Positions 63,264-64,000 of a stretch of DNA of 64,000 nt are shown here, one piece after another. The notes beneath the pieces are model-generated. The model was not told where the DNA came from. It worked only from the letters and a program-made list of their open reading frames with translations, and did no database searches. The position numbers and the translations under genes were made by a program. Origin of the DNA: Pseudogymnoascus verrucosus (lineage: Eukaryota). The DNA lies in assembly GCA_001662655.1 (NCBI GenBank), contig KV460209.1. The stretch is one strand, 5' to 3'. Each line of letters opens with the position of its first letter. The first letter of the stretch is position 1.

Positions 63264-63719
63264 TTTTCTATATGGTGGGACGGATGAATACAATCTATAT
63301 ATGTACCGTGAATTGAGAAGAGAGGGTAACGCAGAAAGGAAAAGGGCGCTGTCCAAATATCACCTTCGAATGGAATAGTAAGCTCACGATGAACAGAGTA
63401 ACAGCGGCAAACTCGCAAAATCACTGTGACTGAACTGAACCCCGCTGTCGGACAGCTGCCGAGTAACTTGGACGGTCTTGGGCGTACTACTGCACTAACT
63501 GTAACATCATAAGCTACCCTGGTTACGATGGCGTCCGGCAAATTCCGCACTACGCATTATCGACGGCCCGACCAAGGTCTCCCTCTGTCATAACAAGGCA
63601 CGTGGATAGACACCAATGTCAACAAATCCTTGCTACGTAACTCCCAGCATTCAAAGCCCGAGTTTGAATTGCTGCACCTGAAGCGCTGCGCGACCCAGGC
63701 AGGCCTGGGAGCAGAAACA

Positions 63720-64000
63720 ATGGCTCGCCCCGACAGCCGGGATAGCGGTGGCCCTTCGGACTTCTTCAGAGCAGGGCCAGCCGATGATGAATCCGCTCTA
63801 ATCTCGGTATGAATGTTGGAACAACTCGATATAAGTACGATTCTAACATATGTATAGACGCGAGGGCTCGAAGCCTTTGGGCGCAAAGTCACAACGACAG
63901 CAAGCCACATGATGGCGCCCTTGACGGACTCCTCGGGCGGCCACTATCAAACCGCAATGGCCGATTTGCACAAGCAGTTGCGCCAGCCGAGCCTGCAGCG
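63720..64000 (+). CDS. MDV1: Probable mitochondrial division protein Mdv1/Caf4 (5' end only)
   Basis: Intron 63807-63857 gives ...[19 protein letters not shown]...[16 protein letters not shown], matching my recollection of the filamentous-fungal Mdv1 N-terminus. The WD40 region would lie outside the window. Confidence 0.65.

Noticed and set aside
1..64000. tRNA, rRNA, snRNA genes or intact transposases
   Set aside because: None recognised by eye; tRNAscan-SE and Infernal would be needed to exclude small RNAs.

Overview
Gene-dense eukaryotic DNA from a filamentous ascomycete: short GT-AG introns with CTAAC/CTGAC branch points and Pezizomycotina-type orthologues (Leotiomycete/Pseudogymnoascus-like is a guess only). 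About 28 protein-coding genes were spliced by hand. Most are housekeeping: FKBP12, ENA P-type ATPase, Rho-GDI, PPG1, AP-3 beta, Rieske RIP1, CCT1, ProRS, ALG3, eIF1AD, BCP1, ARO7 and the start of MDV1. The standout is an uninterrupted ~10 kb five-gene pectin/xylogalacturonan utilisation cluster (37296-47154): CE8 pectin methylesterase, GH28 PgaX-like exo-polygalacturonase, GH28 XghA-like xylogalacturonan hydrolase, a second CE8 and a sugar-porter MFS transporter. It lies between housekeeping genes, has AT-rich flanks and carries candidate shared promoter motifs, resembling a bacterial polysaccharide utilisation locus. Also noted: a duplicated hairpin/LTR-like relic, a 15-bp minisatellite, a CCHC plus prion-like protein, a modular Cys-rich secreted protein and a possible divergent Rad51-paralog-like gene. 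All homology calls come from motif recognition and recall; no database searches were run.
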